A DNA stretch of 41,028 bases from Chiloscyllium plagiosum (lineage: Eukaryota), in NCBI RefSeq assembly GCF_004010195.1, contig NC_057719.1, positions 75,272,557 through 75,313,584 on the forward strand, in the 5' to 3' direction. The translations under genes were made by a program, and so were the position numbers. Position 1 is the stretch's first letter. Each line of letters starts with the position of its first letter. Under the pieces are notes generated by a model. It searched no databases, was not told the DNA's origin, and saw nothing but the letters and a program-made list of their open reading frames with translations. Below are positions 1 through 11,153 of the stretch, one piece after another.

Positions 1-189
1 CTGGAAGAGCACAGCAATTCAGGCAGCATCCGAGGACAGGCAAAATCGACGTTTCGGGCAAAAGCCCTTCATGGGCTTTTGCCCGAAACGTCGATTTTGC
101 CTGTCCTCGGATGCTGCCTGAATTGCTGTGCTCTTCCAGCACCACTGATCCAGAATCTGGTTTCCAGCATCTGCAGTCATTGTTTTTAC
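1..189. mobile_element. Palindromic Penelope-like element terminus (family A), cut by the window edge
   Basis: 1-67 is the exact reverse complement of 73-139, with a 5-nt loop (TTCAT). The same terminus begins the GIY-YIG-bearing PLE at about 2176. Contains the hammerhead helix II/III remnant GGGCTTTTGCCC-GAAACGTC. Confidence 0.9.
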
Positions 190-905
190 ATCATCCAGAG
201 AGGCCAGTTCCTCATATACAGCATCATTAGGAGATGCCAGGTCCTGATACACAGCATCATCCAGAGAGGCCAGTTCCTCATATACAGCATCATCCAGAGA
301 GGCCACTTCCTCATATACAGCATCATCCAGAGAGGCCAGTTCCTCATGTACAGCATCATCCAGAGAGGCCAGTTCCTCATACACAGCATCACCCAGAGAG
401 GCAAGTTCCTGATACACAGTAGCATCCAGAGAGGACAGTTCCTGACATACAGCATCATCCAGAGAGGCCACTTCCTCATATACAACATCATCCAGAGAAG
501 CAAGTTCCTGATACACAGTAGCATCCAGAGAGGCCAGGTCCTGATATACAGCATCATCCAGAGAGGACAGTTCCTGACATACAGCATCATCCAGAGAGGC
601 CAGTTCCTCAGGTACAGCATCATCCAGAGAGGCCAGTTCCTGACACACAGCATCATACAGAGAGGCAAGTTCCTGTTACACAGCATCATCCAGAGAGGCC
701 AGTTCCTGATACACAGCATCATCCAGAGAGGCCAGTTCCTGATAAACAGCATCACCCAGAGAGGTCATTTCCTCATGTACAGCTCCATCCAGAGAGGCCA
801 GTTCCTCATACACAGCATCATCCAGAGAGGCCGGTTCCTGATACACAGCACCATCCAGAGAGGCCAGTTCCTGATACACAGCATTATCCAGAGAGGCCAG
901 TTCCT
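189..905. repeat. 33-bp minisatellite, about 22 copies (unit CAGCATCATCCAGAGAGGCCAGTTCCTSATAYA)
   Basis: Tandem period visible directly; it produces 11-aa periodic ORFs on both strands. Confidence 0.97.
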
Positions 906-949
906 TGTCTGGTTTGCCTTTGCCATACCATAACTGCTGTCTCCACCAA

Positions 950-1288
950 TTCAAGCAAAGAAACTTTTGCCCCTCACTGAGTTTTGGTTAAGACTGAGAA
1001 AACTGAGCTTGAAACAAAAGAAACCTCCTATGGCGCACCATTCTAGTCGCTTTCATTTATGCCTCAGGGGGCCAAGTGCTAAGGAAAAATCTGAGTCTTT
1101 GAAATGTGGTGCCAAGACGTTTGCCCAGGACTTCATATACCGAGCAGAAGACAAATGAAGAGGTGCTTGGAGTTGCAAAAGATGAACAGAAAGGAACTGT
1201 GAAAAATGACCAACCATGCAGAAAAAAATATTTTACACATTTGATCAGACTGGTAAGGCTATTGAGGTGTCTTTTAGAGTGGAAATGG
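950..1288 (+). mobile_element. Decayed RTE-clade LINE, C-terminal ORF fragment
   Basis: Frameshifted translation gives FEMWC...RRLPRTSYTEQKTNEEVL...KKYFTHLIR...LLE, matching the RTE pattern FEMWCxRRxLRISWTxxxTNEEVL...YFGHxxR. Confidence 0.75.
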
Positions 1289-1611
1289 TAGAGTCATGGA
1301 ATCCCTACATTGTGGAAGCAAGCCATTCGGCCCATCAAGTCTGCACCAACCCTTTGAAGAGCATTCCACCCCGACCCAAACCCATACCCTATATTTCCTG
1401 TGGGTAATCCACCTAACCTACACATTATGGGCAATTTAACATGGTCATTCCACTTAACCTGCTCACCTTAGGACTGTGGAAAGAAACCAGAGAAGCCAGA
1501 GGAAACCCATATAGACATGGGGAGAATGTGTAAACACCTGAGGGTGGAATCGAACCTGGGCCCCTGGCACTGGGAGGCAGCAGTGCTAACTACTGAGCCA
1601 CCATACTGCCC
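1289..1611 (-). mobile_element. HE1-type tRNA-derived V-SINE
   Basis: Minus strand starts GGGCAGTATGGTGGCTCAGTAGTTAGCACTGCTGCC, has B box GGTTCGATTCC, the V-domain TGGGTTTCCTC..G..TTCTC.GGTTTC and a CR1-like tail. Confidence 0.9.
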
Positions 1612-1722
1612 AGAGCAGCAGAACAATTGCAGATAAGTTACAGTGGATGTGGGAGGATGGCATAAGACAGATGGGCACGGCATACTTTGACAAGTCAACA
1701 AGTCGGTACACGCAGGAAAGGG

Positions 1723-1966
1723 TCGTGAGTGTTGTGCTGGAAAAGTCAGCAGATCAGGTAGTATCCAAGGAAGAGGCGAGTCAACGTTTTGGGCACCAGT
1801 CCTTCATCAGGACCGAAGCTTCTGTCAAGACTCACTCCTGATGAAGAGTTTATACCCAAAATGTCGAATTTCCTGCTCCTTGGATGCTGCCTGACCTGCT
1901 GTGCTTTACCAGCACCACACTCTCGACTCTCGTCTCCAGCATCTGCAGTCATCACTTTCTCCACTT
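1723..1966. mobile_element. Palindromic PLE insertion (family A) with 11-bp TSD
   Basis: Diverged inverted arms at about 1723-1812 and 1836-1926, plus a tail at 1927-1966. GCAGGAAAGGG occurs at 1712-1722 and 1967-1977. CTGATGA at 1838-1844. Confidence 0.85.
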
Positions 1967-2171
1967 GCAGGAAAGGGCACAACTTCACTACTGAGCAGGA
2001 AAAGTATTATAAATTAAGATATGTGTTTAATAAACTTGTCATTTTGTGCAAGACCTCTTCCTTCTCTACATAGTGTAAATCCTATAGCAATGATGGTAAT
2101 TTTTTTTAAATTACAAAAATTCTGAACCCTGATCCTGTGAGTTCTTAAGTGCAGGCCTCCATTACTTGAGG

Positions 2172-3135
2172 AGGTAAAAACAATGACTGCAGATGCTGGA
2201 AACCAGATTCTGGATCAATGGTGCTGGAAGAGCACAGCAATTCAGGCAGCATCGAGCAGCTTCAGCAAAATCAAAGTTTCGGGCAAAAGCCCGAATCAGG
2301 AATAAAGGCAGTGAGCCTGAAGCGTGGAGAGATAAGCTGGGGGAGGGTGGGGGTGGGGAGAGAGTAGCATAGAGTACAATNNNNNNNNNNNNNNNNNNNN
2401 NNNNNNNNNNNNNNNNNNNNNNNNNNNNNNNNNNNNNNNNNNNNNNNNNNNNNNNNNNNNNNNNNNNNNNNNNNNNNNNNNNNNNNNNNNNNNNNNNNNN
2501 NNNGTTGTTTGGTGCGGGTGTCTCGGAGATGTTCCCTAAAGCGCTCTGCTAGGAGGCGCTCAGTCTCCCCAATGTAGAGGAGACCGCATTGGGAGCAACG
2601 GATACAATAAATGATATGAGTGGATGTGTAGGTAAAACTTTGATGGATGTGGAAAGCTCCTTTGGGGCCTTGGATGGAGGTGAGGGAGGAGGTGTGGGCG
2701 CAGGTTTTACAGTTCCTGCGGTGGCAGGGGGAGGTGCCAGGATGGGAGGGTGGGTCGTAGGGGGGCGTGGACCTGACCAGGTAGTCACGGAGGGAACGGT
2801 CTTTGCGGAAGGCGGAAAGGTGTGGGGAGGGAAATATATCCCTGGTGGTGGTGTCTGTTTGGAGGTGGCGGAAATGTCGGCGGATGGTTTGGTTTATGCG
2901 AAGGTTGGTAGGGTGGAAGGTGTGCACCAGGGGCGTTCTGTCCTTGTTACGGTTGGAAGGGTGGGGTCTGAGGGCGGAGGTGCGGGATGTGGACGAGATG
3001 CGTTGGAGGGCATCTTTAACCATGTGGGAAGGGAAATTGCGGTCTCTAAAGAAGGAGGCCATCTGGTATGTTCTGTGGTGGAATTGGTCCTCCTGGGAGC
3101 AGATACGGCGGAGTCGGAGGAATTGGGATGGCATT
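2172..3135 (-). mobile_element. 5'-truncated Penelope-like retroelement (Neptune-type): RT thumb, Cys-rich linker, GIY-YIG endonuclease and 3' terminus
   Basis: Minus ORF reads SQFLRLRRICS...PLVHTFHP...CHRRNCKTC...IIYCIRCSQCGLLYIGETERLLAERFREH. The Cx4CxxC linker is typical of the Neptune clade. Interrupted by an assembly gap. Confidence 0.92.
2381..2503. other. Assembly gap
   Basis: Run of 123 N. Confidence 0.99.
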
Positions 3136-3149
3136 TTTGTAACAGGTAG

Positions 3150-3990
3150 GGTGGGAAGATCCTCCATTACTTTACCCAAGTCTTTGGCAGCCATCTTAAG
3201 TTAGCAGCTGTTGATGGTGTATTTGAGCTCAAACCCATTCATTACAGGCATTCCATCATTTTGTGGGGTTGTCTCATGAGCTCTGCAGCGATAACATGTT
3301 TATTTGGTCAATTCATCACCTCCAGCTCTTGCCATCCCTTGTTCCAGAGATGTGAGGAATATAGTCTTCACGGAAGGCATAATTTCTTTTTGGCGCACGG
3401 GATCAGGACCATAATGCACTCTTCCAATGCCATAAAGGCAAAGATTGATTATTGAGGTGTTAGGGTAAAAAAGGTCACAAATGTGAGCTCTGTGCAGGCA
3501 AGTTCCAGCTAACTAATCTTCCCACCAGTCAACAAAAAGATTGGACTTCATCCTCTTCCTGATTTCTGGATTGGTTTCCAAAACAAAGAGATGGGATTGC
3601 ATCCCTTAATCTGGATCGAATCCAACTGTTTTTCCCTTATTGCCATTTCATAATAGGTTTACCATGATGTCAGAACTGACCAAATCAGAATGAACATTTG
3701 ACAATGTTTAGATTAATAACAGTTTTTGATTTCCCATTGCAGCCACATCAAGTCAGAGCATCCATTCCCCATTTCCTACCATAGTAATGAAAGTAAGCAA
3801 ACACTCAAGGGGCATGTGTAGGGCACTTCCTCTGGCATTCTCCCACTATTTATCATTGGCTTAAGCTTAACAGAATTCCAGTCCACAGCTGTGAACAGAA
3901 TCTCTGCCAAAGTTGAGCCCGAACAACTTCTAAGGAAATTCTTGTCTTTTGGCATGTTCATGAGTAAAGGAGGCATCTGATCAAATTGGG
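3150..3990 (-). mobile_element. Very old CR1/L2-group LINE ORF2 remnant
   Basis: Minus fragments TAVDWNSV, GPDPVRQKEIMPSVKTIFLTSLEQG and GKVME resemble GPD...PSLxxIFNxSLxxG...GKVME; many stops. Confidence 0.45.
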
Positions 3991-4039
3991 GAAAGATAAG
4001 ATAATAACTAGTGTGGAAAATGTAAAGCTTGGCTAATAT

Positions 4040-4342
4040 GATTAGATTCCCTACAGTGTGGAAACAGGCCCTTCAGCCCAAACCGACCCTCTGAAGAGCA
4101 ACCCACCCAGATCCATTTCCCTCTGACTAATGCACCTAACGCTGTGGACAATTTAGCATGGCCAATTCACCTGACCTGCACAGCTTTGGACTGTGGGAGG
4201 GAACCAGAGCACCTGGAGGAAACCCACATGGACATAGGGAGAATATGAAAACTCCACATAGATAGTCACCTGGGGCTGGAATCAAACCTGGGACCCTGGT
4301 GCTGTGAGGCAGCAGTGCTAACTACTGAGCCACCGTGCCACC
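4040..4342 (-). mobile_element. HE1-type V-SINE
   Basis: Aligns by eye over its full length with the other copies in the window. Confidence 0.92.
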
Positions 4343-4679
4343 AAGCAATGAGAGAAGGGCATTGCTATTAAGGTAATTCTTTACACAGAACTACCTTCAT
4401 GGAAACAGAATTCCAGATCGAAAAGTGCAGGTATAAATACTGGAATCATTTAAGAAACAGGTGATTATTGCAATGGAAAGGAGTTGTATCTGAATGGGGA
4501 AACAGGGGCCTTACCCTCAACATATTTGCATATTAAATATATGGAAAACATTTTGGCAAAATGAAGATAAAATGAAGAAAGGAACTGCAGGTTCTGTAAA
4601 TCTTAAATCAAATATGGAAGATTTCATCTGGAAGCCTAGTTCACTTCTGACAGTATCAGTTTGGGTAGTTCGCTCTGGG

Positions 4680-4850
4680 GATGTTGGCACATTGGCATGA
4701 TTAGCATTTGTCACCAATTGCTAGTTTTCCATAAGTGGTTGCGGTGAGCTGCATTCTCACACCATTCTTTTGAGGCAGATACATTCACTGTGTAATGGGG
4801 TAGGGAGCTTAAGGATTCTGACTCAGCGATGATAAAGAGACACCAATATC
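4680..4850 (-). mobile_element. Old LINE 3'-end fragment, same family as 13622-13862
   Basis: Shared blocks AGCATTT.T..CC.A, GGT.G..GTGAGCTG.ATTCT and AGGG..(G)T...AGG.TT.TGA. Confidence 0.55.
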
Positions 4851-5664
4851 TTTGAGATATCTGAAAGAGTTAGCCTGTGAGATCAGTGCTTTAAATATAG
4901 CAGCTTCACGTTATCTGATTCGATCCTAGTTCAAGGTTTTATTTTGAAAGTAGCTAGTTAAGGAAACCATTATTTTTCTTTTCAGCTGTGCAATTCCCTT
5001 TACCTTATACATGGGGAAAGTGTAATTATGTAGCACTGCAGCGGTAATAAATGAGAGGCTCAGACAACTTGGCTGAAAAGGCACATTTCTGTCTCTGCTG
5101 TGTCTGCAAAATAAAAATGACTCGCGACCGTTTCGTATTGTTATATAGATAATTTTTCCCTTTATTACCTCTCCCTGAACTGAATTCAGAATCTATTATG
5201 TAATACAAGTCAGCGGGTCTTAAATTATTCTGTACTGCTTGGTTTCTTTTGTTATGCTGAACTCGCTTGCTCCATATAAAAAGGAATTAATGACAGAGAA
5301 TTGATCTTTCCAGCAGAGGCTGGTTGGTTTCTTCATGCTGTGCGTTGGAGCTAATCCAGGGCGGTATAGAATGTGTCACTTGCTGCCTTTTCACTGCTGT
5401 TTAAAATGTACAACCTCTTAACCATAGCGCTCACCATGCGGGGCTGACTGTGAATGGAAGAATATGATGCAGCACACTTAGTCAAAACACTTCTGGGAGG
5501 AATGCTGGGCAGCCACATACACACAGTTCCAGCTCTATTTAAATATACAGCTCACAAATCAAAACTGAAGCAGTGCAGGGAGGGTGGTGCATAGGCAGCT
5601 CTTGATTTGCCCGACTGGATTTGCCCACCTGATAGCATTTTTGGCTGATTGCAGAGTTGGCCTT

Positions 5665-5905
5665 GCGGGCAGTGAGAGTCAACCATGTTGTTATGGGTTT
5701 GGGTTACATGTAGGCCAGACCAGGTAAGGATGACAGATTTCCTTCCCTGAAGGACATCAGTGAACCAGCTGGATTTTTACAACTCTGAACAACAGATTCA
5801 TGGACATCTTTACCAGGTTTTATACATGAACTTAAATTCTGCCAGCTAGATTAAAAGTCTAATGAAAGATACCATGACCCTGAACTCTTCCCAGCTACTA
5901 GGCTG
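5665..5905 (-). mobile_element. Decayed copy of the tRNA-headed SINE / LINE 5' region
   Basis: CATGTAGGCCAGACCAGGTAAGGATGACAGATTTCCTTCCCTGAAGGACATCAGTGAACCAG matches 19425-19490 and the reverse complement of 22880-22960. Confidence 0.75.
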
Positions 5906-5944
5906 ATACGGGACTGGCAGGGCTGGCCTGTGAGCACAGAATGG

Positions 5945-6580
5945 TTCAACTGAGCCTGTACTTAGCAGAGTGTAGAAGATTGAGAAGGAGATTTGATTAG
6001 AATATATATAATTCAAATCGGCTGTACTTTCTACAGGGGGGATGTTTTCCCTATTTGGAACCAGGGGCATAACCTCAGGATATGGAGTAAACCATTTAGT
6101 AATTACAGAATCCCTACAATGTGGAAGCAGATCATTCGGCCTATTGAGCCCATACCGACCCTCCAAAGAGCATCCTACCCACACCCACCCCACAATCCTA
6201 TCCATGTAACCCTGCCTTTCCCATGGCTAATCCGTCTAACCACTACATCCCTGGACACTACAGGCAATTTAATCTACCTAACCTGTGCGTGTTTGGACTT
6301 TGGGAGGAAAGCAGAGCATTTGGAGGAAACTGGGGGGAGCGACAGACAGTCACTCAAGGGTAGAATTGAACTCTGGTTCTGTGAGGCAGCAGCACTAACC
6401 ACTGAGCCACCATGCTGAGATCAGGATAAGGACTGAGATAAGGAAAGAATTCTTCACTCAGTGGGGAGTGACCCAAGGAATTCTCTACCACAGAAGGCGG
6501 CAATAGACAAGTGGATCAAGGGGTATGGGAATAAAATGGGATTGAGGGGGAGGATCAGCTCCTACGTTCTATTTTCAGGA
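5945..6580 (+). mobile_element. CR1/HER1 LINE 3' fragment, interrupted by the HE1 SINE at 6101-6416
   Basis: AGAAGATTGAGAAGGAGATTTGAT...ACCAGGGGCATAACCTCAG precedes the SINE; AGGACTGAGATAAGGAAAGAATTCTTCACTCAG...GGAATTCTCTACCACAG resumes after it. Confidence 0.8.
6101..6416 (-). mobile_element. HE1-type V-SINE
   Basis: Same head (CAGCATGGTGGCTCAGTGGTTAGTGCTGCTGCC on minus) and tail as the other copies. Confidence 0.88.
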
Positions 6581-6899
6581 GCTAACCACTCAGCTGTCTG
6601 TGGAAGCTGTTTTGGGCATACAATAGAATTGTTCATGCAAAACTATGGATAGCAAGTAAGGCGGCCTATTTTAACTTGGTTAACAAAAAGCTTACTTGAA
6701 TATAATAAGCTGGTTATTCCTGGATCATTTAGTTTCACCCCTTCCAATGGGTACAACTGTGCAACACAAAATTGCCAGCAATTCCAAGAATATCAGCTGC
6801 CAGGGGGCAGATGTTTGAATGTCATCAGCCTCAAGTCTAGAAAGTGTTGGCAAACCAAGCAAAAAGCCCCAGCATTAAGGAAAATCTCAGCCAGCTGTA

Positions 6900-7260
6900 A
6901 AATGTCAGCAGAAGATTAACCCAGTCAATATTGTTTCTTAATTCAGTATTTTATTCAATTTAACGTTCTCATAACTGTCTTCCTCTTTCAGCTGGTTTGC
7001 TTTGGTTACATTTGCAGGTAGTAAAGTACAAATCTCAGAGCCCACTTTTACAACATCAGCACGCTTGGTTTCTTTCCTAATACACTGGAACAGCCGGTTG
7101 ATATATAGCATTCTGCGATCAGGCCCTTTACAAAAGAGAGGGGACACTTGCCAATGGTTTCCTGTATGTGCTCCATTCCGGACAAAATTTATGTAAAGCT
7201 GGTTGACCTTGGTAGCCTGGGATAAGTTAGGTGCTGATTTGCTATAGTTCATGTTTACTG
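6900..7260 (-). mobile_element. Very old LINE RT N-terminal remnant
   Basis: NHWQVSPLFCKGPDRRMLYINRLF resembles the WKxAxVxPLFKKGDRxxxxNYRPIS motif of non-LTR RTs. Confidence 0.45.
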
Positions 7261-7811
7261 TTATTAATATTGGCTAGCGTTCCTTCAGAGATTTGACAGT
7301 CAATAACTTTAATTCCAAGTGGGGGGTTTTAACTGATCGTGTGCTTCAAACATCATAAAACTGTCTTGTTTTGCAATAGCTATAGCTTTTATTCAAGAAA
7401 TAAGAGCTCTTCAGAACTCAGTTCCCTGTTTTAAAATGTCTTCATTCCAACACGTCTGTCTTTATTAGTTTTCTTTTCCTGGCTTTTTGTTGCCCATTGG
7501 TGTCTTGCCAAAAAAAAAGATGATATATTTGTAACTGATGCCTTATTGTGTGGAACTGTGTCACTTAATATCACGAACAGAGTCTCTTTCAGCTCCATGA
7601 CTTTTTGATCTCACCTGGTTATTGTGGAAGATGCAGGGGAAATATTTTACAATGGGAGTGAGGCAAAACTACTGGAAGGGGACAAAAACAAGTGGCTTGC
7701 CATACTCAGATATGCATGGAAATGTCCCTTTACACTACTCCCAGTTTACGTGGTATACATGCAGCACATCAATCTATATGTCCTGCATAAATAAGCTTGT
7801 AGAATTGGTTG

Positions 7812-7904
7812 AAAACAACAAATGCTGGAGATCATAGCAGATCAGGCAGCATCTAAGGAGAGAGAGCAAGCTAACATTTTGAATTGAGATGACTCTTCAT
7901 CAGG
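7812..7904 (-). mobile_element. Short PLE terminus fragment from a further family, with a degenerate hammerhead
   Basis: AAATGCTGGAGATCATAGCAGATCAGGCAGCATC resembles the family A end. Minus strand reads CTGATGAAGAGTCATCTCAATTCAAAATGTTAG. Confidence 0.65.
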
Positions 7905-9136
7905 GTTGACGTGATTGGTTGTAGATGTAGCTGTGCCTGACCCTCACTCACCCTTTGATTGAATGAGACAAGTCAAGGCCTGTGTTGCTGCCCTTGTGCC
8001 TACTTTCTTGATGTTACAACAGCAAAAAAATTTTAAAAAGGAAAAGAACACCTGTAAATTTGCTAGCATATTATTTTATCATTTATTTCCTTTTTTCCTG
8101 ACTGTTACCACAATCACAAGCTGTAGGAACATAGAAAAAAAATTGCATTGTTTTTCACTCTACCAATGACCTTTGTCCATTGCCTTTGCTTCGGTTGTTT
8201 CACCTTCTCCAATGAGGATGAAACATTGGACTGAGGCATCTCACAGTCTACCCTCATTGGTTACCATTACAGCCAATCATCCATGAGGAAGTATGGTGGG
8301 TATGAGAGAGTAGGTTTTCTCCCTCTGTGTTGATTTGTCCTAATGTTGGACTACTGAAGACTGGGGAGTACAAACTAACTCCAGTTATGTTGAGGCTAAG
8401 ATTCATGCTAACATTATTATTAGAATTCAGTGCACTCCCACCAGAGGAACTGGGCAAAAACATTACGTCTTCTGAGAGTTTTCTCTTTATAAAATGGAGA
8501 TAGGATACAATGAGAAACCTAAAAAATAAATGTGATTGTTCACATAATTTTAAATTACTTATTTTTGACTGCATTTCACCAGTCAGAATGACGGTGGTCA
8601 GTGTTGGGCAAATAATTCCTCATGTTTTGCTGGCAGTATGGTATTTCCATGCTAATAACTGGGATAGGTTATGTTCTTCTCTGAAAGGTGACAGAAGTAT
8701 TAGTGAAACAGTAATGTGTGTGCTTCTTATGTGTTCACAGATTTTGCAAGTTGAATATATTGACCCTTCATTTGTGGATGTATTACCTGGACAGTGGCAA
8801 AGACATGTGTTGGCAGCACCGTCCCAATACATTCTTTGATATTTGGCATGCTGAATATCTGCTCACTTTTATGGTCAATATGCTGGTCTTCCTCATCGTC
8901 TGATCTTGCAGCTTGGCTGGACAGTTCATGGATCCTGTCTTGATGCTGTCCGATACGTGCGCTTAGCCAGAATGCAGTAGCTGTCTGGCCTGTGTTTGTG
9001 TCTTCTCACAACGTTGAACCATTTATTTTGGCCTTTGCTTTCTCCCCTGGTGCTTTCAATATCTCTGCAGTTTTGCATGGTTTTAACAGCTCGAAATTTT
9101 CTGTATGTGTGTATGAGACTGTATCATCCATAATGT

Positions 9137-9230
9137 TTACTGGGATCGCCTGTATTGGTTATCAAGGGATTACTGGGATCGCCTGTATTGGTTATTATGG
9201 GATTACTGGGATCGCCTGTATTGGTTATCA
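9137..9230. repeat. 33-bp tandem repeat, about 2.8 copies (TTACTGGGATCGCCTGTATTGGTTATYAWGGGA)
   Basis: Units start at 9137, 9170 and 9203. Confidence 0.95.
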
Positions 9231-9649
9231 TACCAATGGTGGGTAAGTCACGCCTGGCCTGTCTTCCAAATAGTATGGCTTCACATTTGCAATTACTTTA
9301 TAATGCTACTTCCATAGCGTAACCATTGGGTTGGTCCAAGCTGACTTTTTGGAACACTTTCATTGGGGTAAACATTATCACAAGCTTGATTTATTCTTTT
9401 GATAGCCTGCTTCTGTGAAGTCAGTCAAATGACAATTCATCCCCTTTGTTCCTGCGTCTTATTATTATATTGATCTATGGTCTATTGTCTGTTTCACATT
9501 TTAAGCATTGCCCACACACGAGACATCTGCTGTGAAATAGAGCTGGCTGCTTCACAGGGTAAGCAAACCAGTGATACAAAGCTTTTTTGTAGGCTCCTGA
9601 TAGCGACAGATGTGAGAATGCTCCCATCGATGCTTAAAGTGAAGTCTTG

Positions 9650-9760
9650 GGGGCTCTCTTGTAGCACAGTCGTACTGTCCCTACCTCTCAACCTAAGGTC
9701 AAGTCCCACTTGCTCTAGAGGTGGGTAATAACATATCTGAACAGGTTGTTTAGAAAAATA
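9650..9760 (+). mobile_element. Short tRNA-derived SINE-like repeat
   Basis: GGGGCTCTCTTGTAGCACAGT.GTA.TGTCCCTACCTCT...TCAAGTCCCAC.TGCTC.AGAGGTGGGT...GAACAGGTTG also occurs at 40145-40255. Confidence 0.7.
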
Positions 9761-9969
9761 GTGTGGTGCTGGAAAAGCCAGCTTTCAGTTGCTGGATTTG
9801 AAAAGTCCTCAGAAACCACCAGCTGTCACCATGTTACCGTCTTATAAAAACACCAATCACGTGCAAAAATTAGTGAAATAATAATGCTTTTTTTGTTAAT
9901 TTGAAGGTAAGTTTTTTCACAGATAATATTCACTGGGAGCTAATATAATACTGTAAGTGTAGTAGAAAA

Positions 9970-10362
9970 GATGGTGTGAAACTTGAAAAGGGTTCAGAAG
10001 AAATTTACAAAGATGTATAGTGGAGAGGCAGAATTGGCTGGGGCTATTTTTCCTGGGGTGTTGACGGCTGAGGGAAGATCTTATAGAAGTTTATAAAATC
10101 ATGAGGAACATGGATAGTGTGAATAGCCAAAGTCTTTTTCCTAGGAGTGCAAAACTAAAGCGCAAAGGTTTGAGAATTTAAAAGGGACCTAAAGGGCAAC
10201 ATTTTCACACAAAAGGTGATGAGTATATGGAATGAGCTGCCAGAGGAAGTGGTGGAGGCTGGTACAATTACAACATTTAAAAGGCATCGGGATGGGTACA
10301 TGAGTAGGAAGGGTTTAGAGGGATACGGGCCAAGTGCTGGCAAATGGGAATAGATTAGGTTA
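9970..10362 (+). mobile_element. CR1/HER1 LINE 3' fragment
   Basis: LExVQKKFTKM..RLRxDLIEVYKIMR..RGNIFTQKVMSIWNELPEEVVEAGTITTFKRH pattern. Confidence 0.9.
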
Positions 10363-10559
10363 GTGTCAGCAACTGGTGTTTTGTCCTTCACATACTGTGG
10401 ATGTGTTTCAGTGATGCATTTACCAGATTGTGTCCCTGACTACTTGCTTGGAATGTGTGAAATGATGTCCAGCTAGCCTTTAAATATAGAGCCAGAACTT
10501 TGACCCCAGAAGGTCTTGCCAGGAGTGAGAATTTCCAGTTTCCTCTCACCCCATATGAT

Positions 10560-10925
10560 TCGTCAGCTGTAGAACACTTGCCTTTGAGTCAAAAGACTGT
10601 GGGATCACATCCCCCTTCACATGACGACAAATGTTTAGCTTGACCCTCCAGTGCAAGGCTGCGAAAGGACTGCACTGTTAGAGGTTCTGTCTCTTTTAAG
10701 AGATGGGAAACCTCACGGGTAGGCAGGGGAGGATGTACCAGATCATATGGACCAAGTCAAAGACAGGCAAAGCTTTTTCCCTGGTTCTCTGGCCAATACT
10801 ACAATCTCCATGACTGCATATGATTATCTGGTCATTACCTTGTTGCTGTTTTTGATATCTCCAAAAATGGTGCCTACACTGCAAAAGTAGTTCATTAATT
10901 ATAAAGTTCTTTGAGATGAATATGG
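10560..10925 (+). mobile_element. Deu-domain SINE (SacSINE1/AmnSINE1-like), decayed
   Basis: Contains CACTTGCCTTTGAGTCAAAAG, CTCCAGTGCA, CTGCACTGTTAGAGGT, CCTGGTTCTCTGGCCAATA, GATTATCTGGTCATTA and CAAAAGTAGTTCATT. Confidence 0.6.
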
Positions 10926-11153
10926 TATGCAATAAATTAATGCAAATTATTAATTTATCGTTTTCACACTGCCTTGATATTACTGAGAATAGAACCACCT
11001 TAACTTCTCTTTGTCATTTAAAAAAATCTGTTTTAAGCATTCCAAAAAAGGACACAATAAATTTTGAAGTTGTTTTTTTCTTGCAATCATGTAGCGAGCG
11101 ATGAAAATTTACAATTGCAAAATCAGATTTAGTCAATGAGGGGAAAAAAGATG

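Noticed and set aside
189..905. CRISPR-like array (33-bp period)
   Set aside because: Units are contiguous with no unique spacers, there are no cas genes, and the context is vertebrate.
79..933. 284-aa plus ORF and the 189-aa minus ORF as real genes
   Set aside because: Both are products of a stop-free 33-bp repeat, and the plus ORF starts inside a PLE palindrome.
2549..3204. Overlapping ORFs at 2549-2788, 2589-3149 and 2803-3204
   Set aside because: They are antisense or alternative frames of the PLE coding region.
6992..7196. Possible plus-strand exon after TCTTCCTCTTTCAG
   Set aside because: The donor is weak, no product is recognisable, and the opposite strand is better explained as an old LINE RT remnant.
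8254..9135. 106-aa minus ORF as a terminal host exon
   Set aside because: No recognisable domain or partner exons. An upstream MDDT and a FLPSS..LNS-like ending hint at a very old LINE, but too weakly to call either way.
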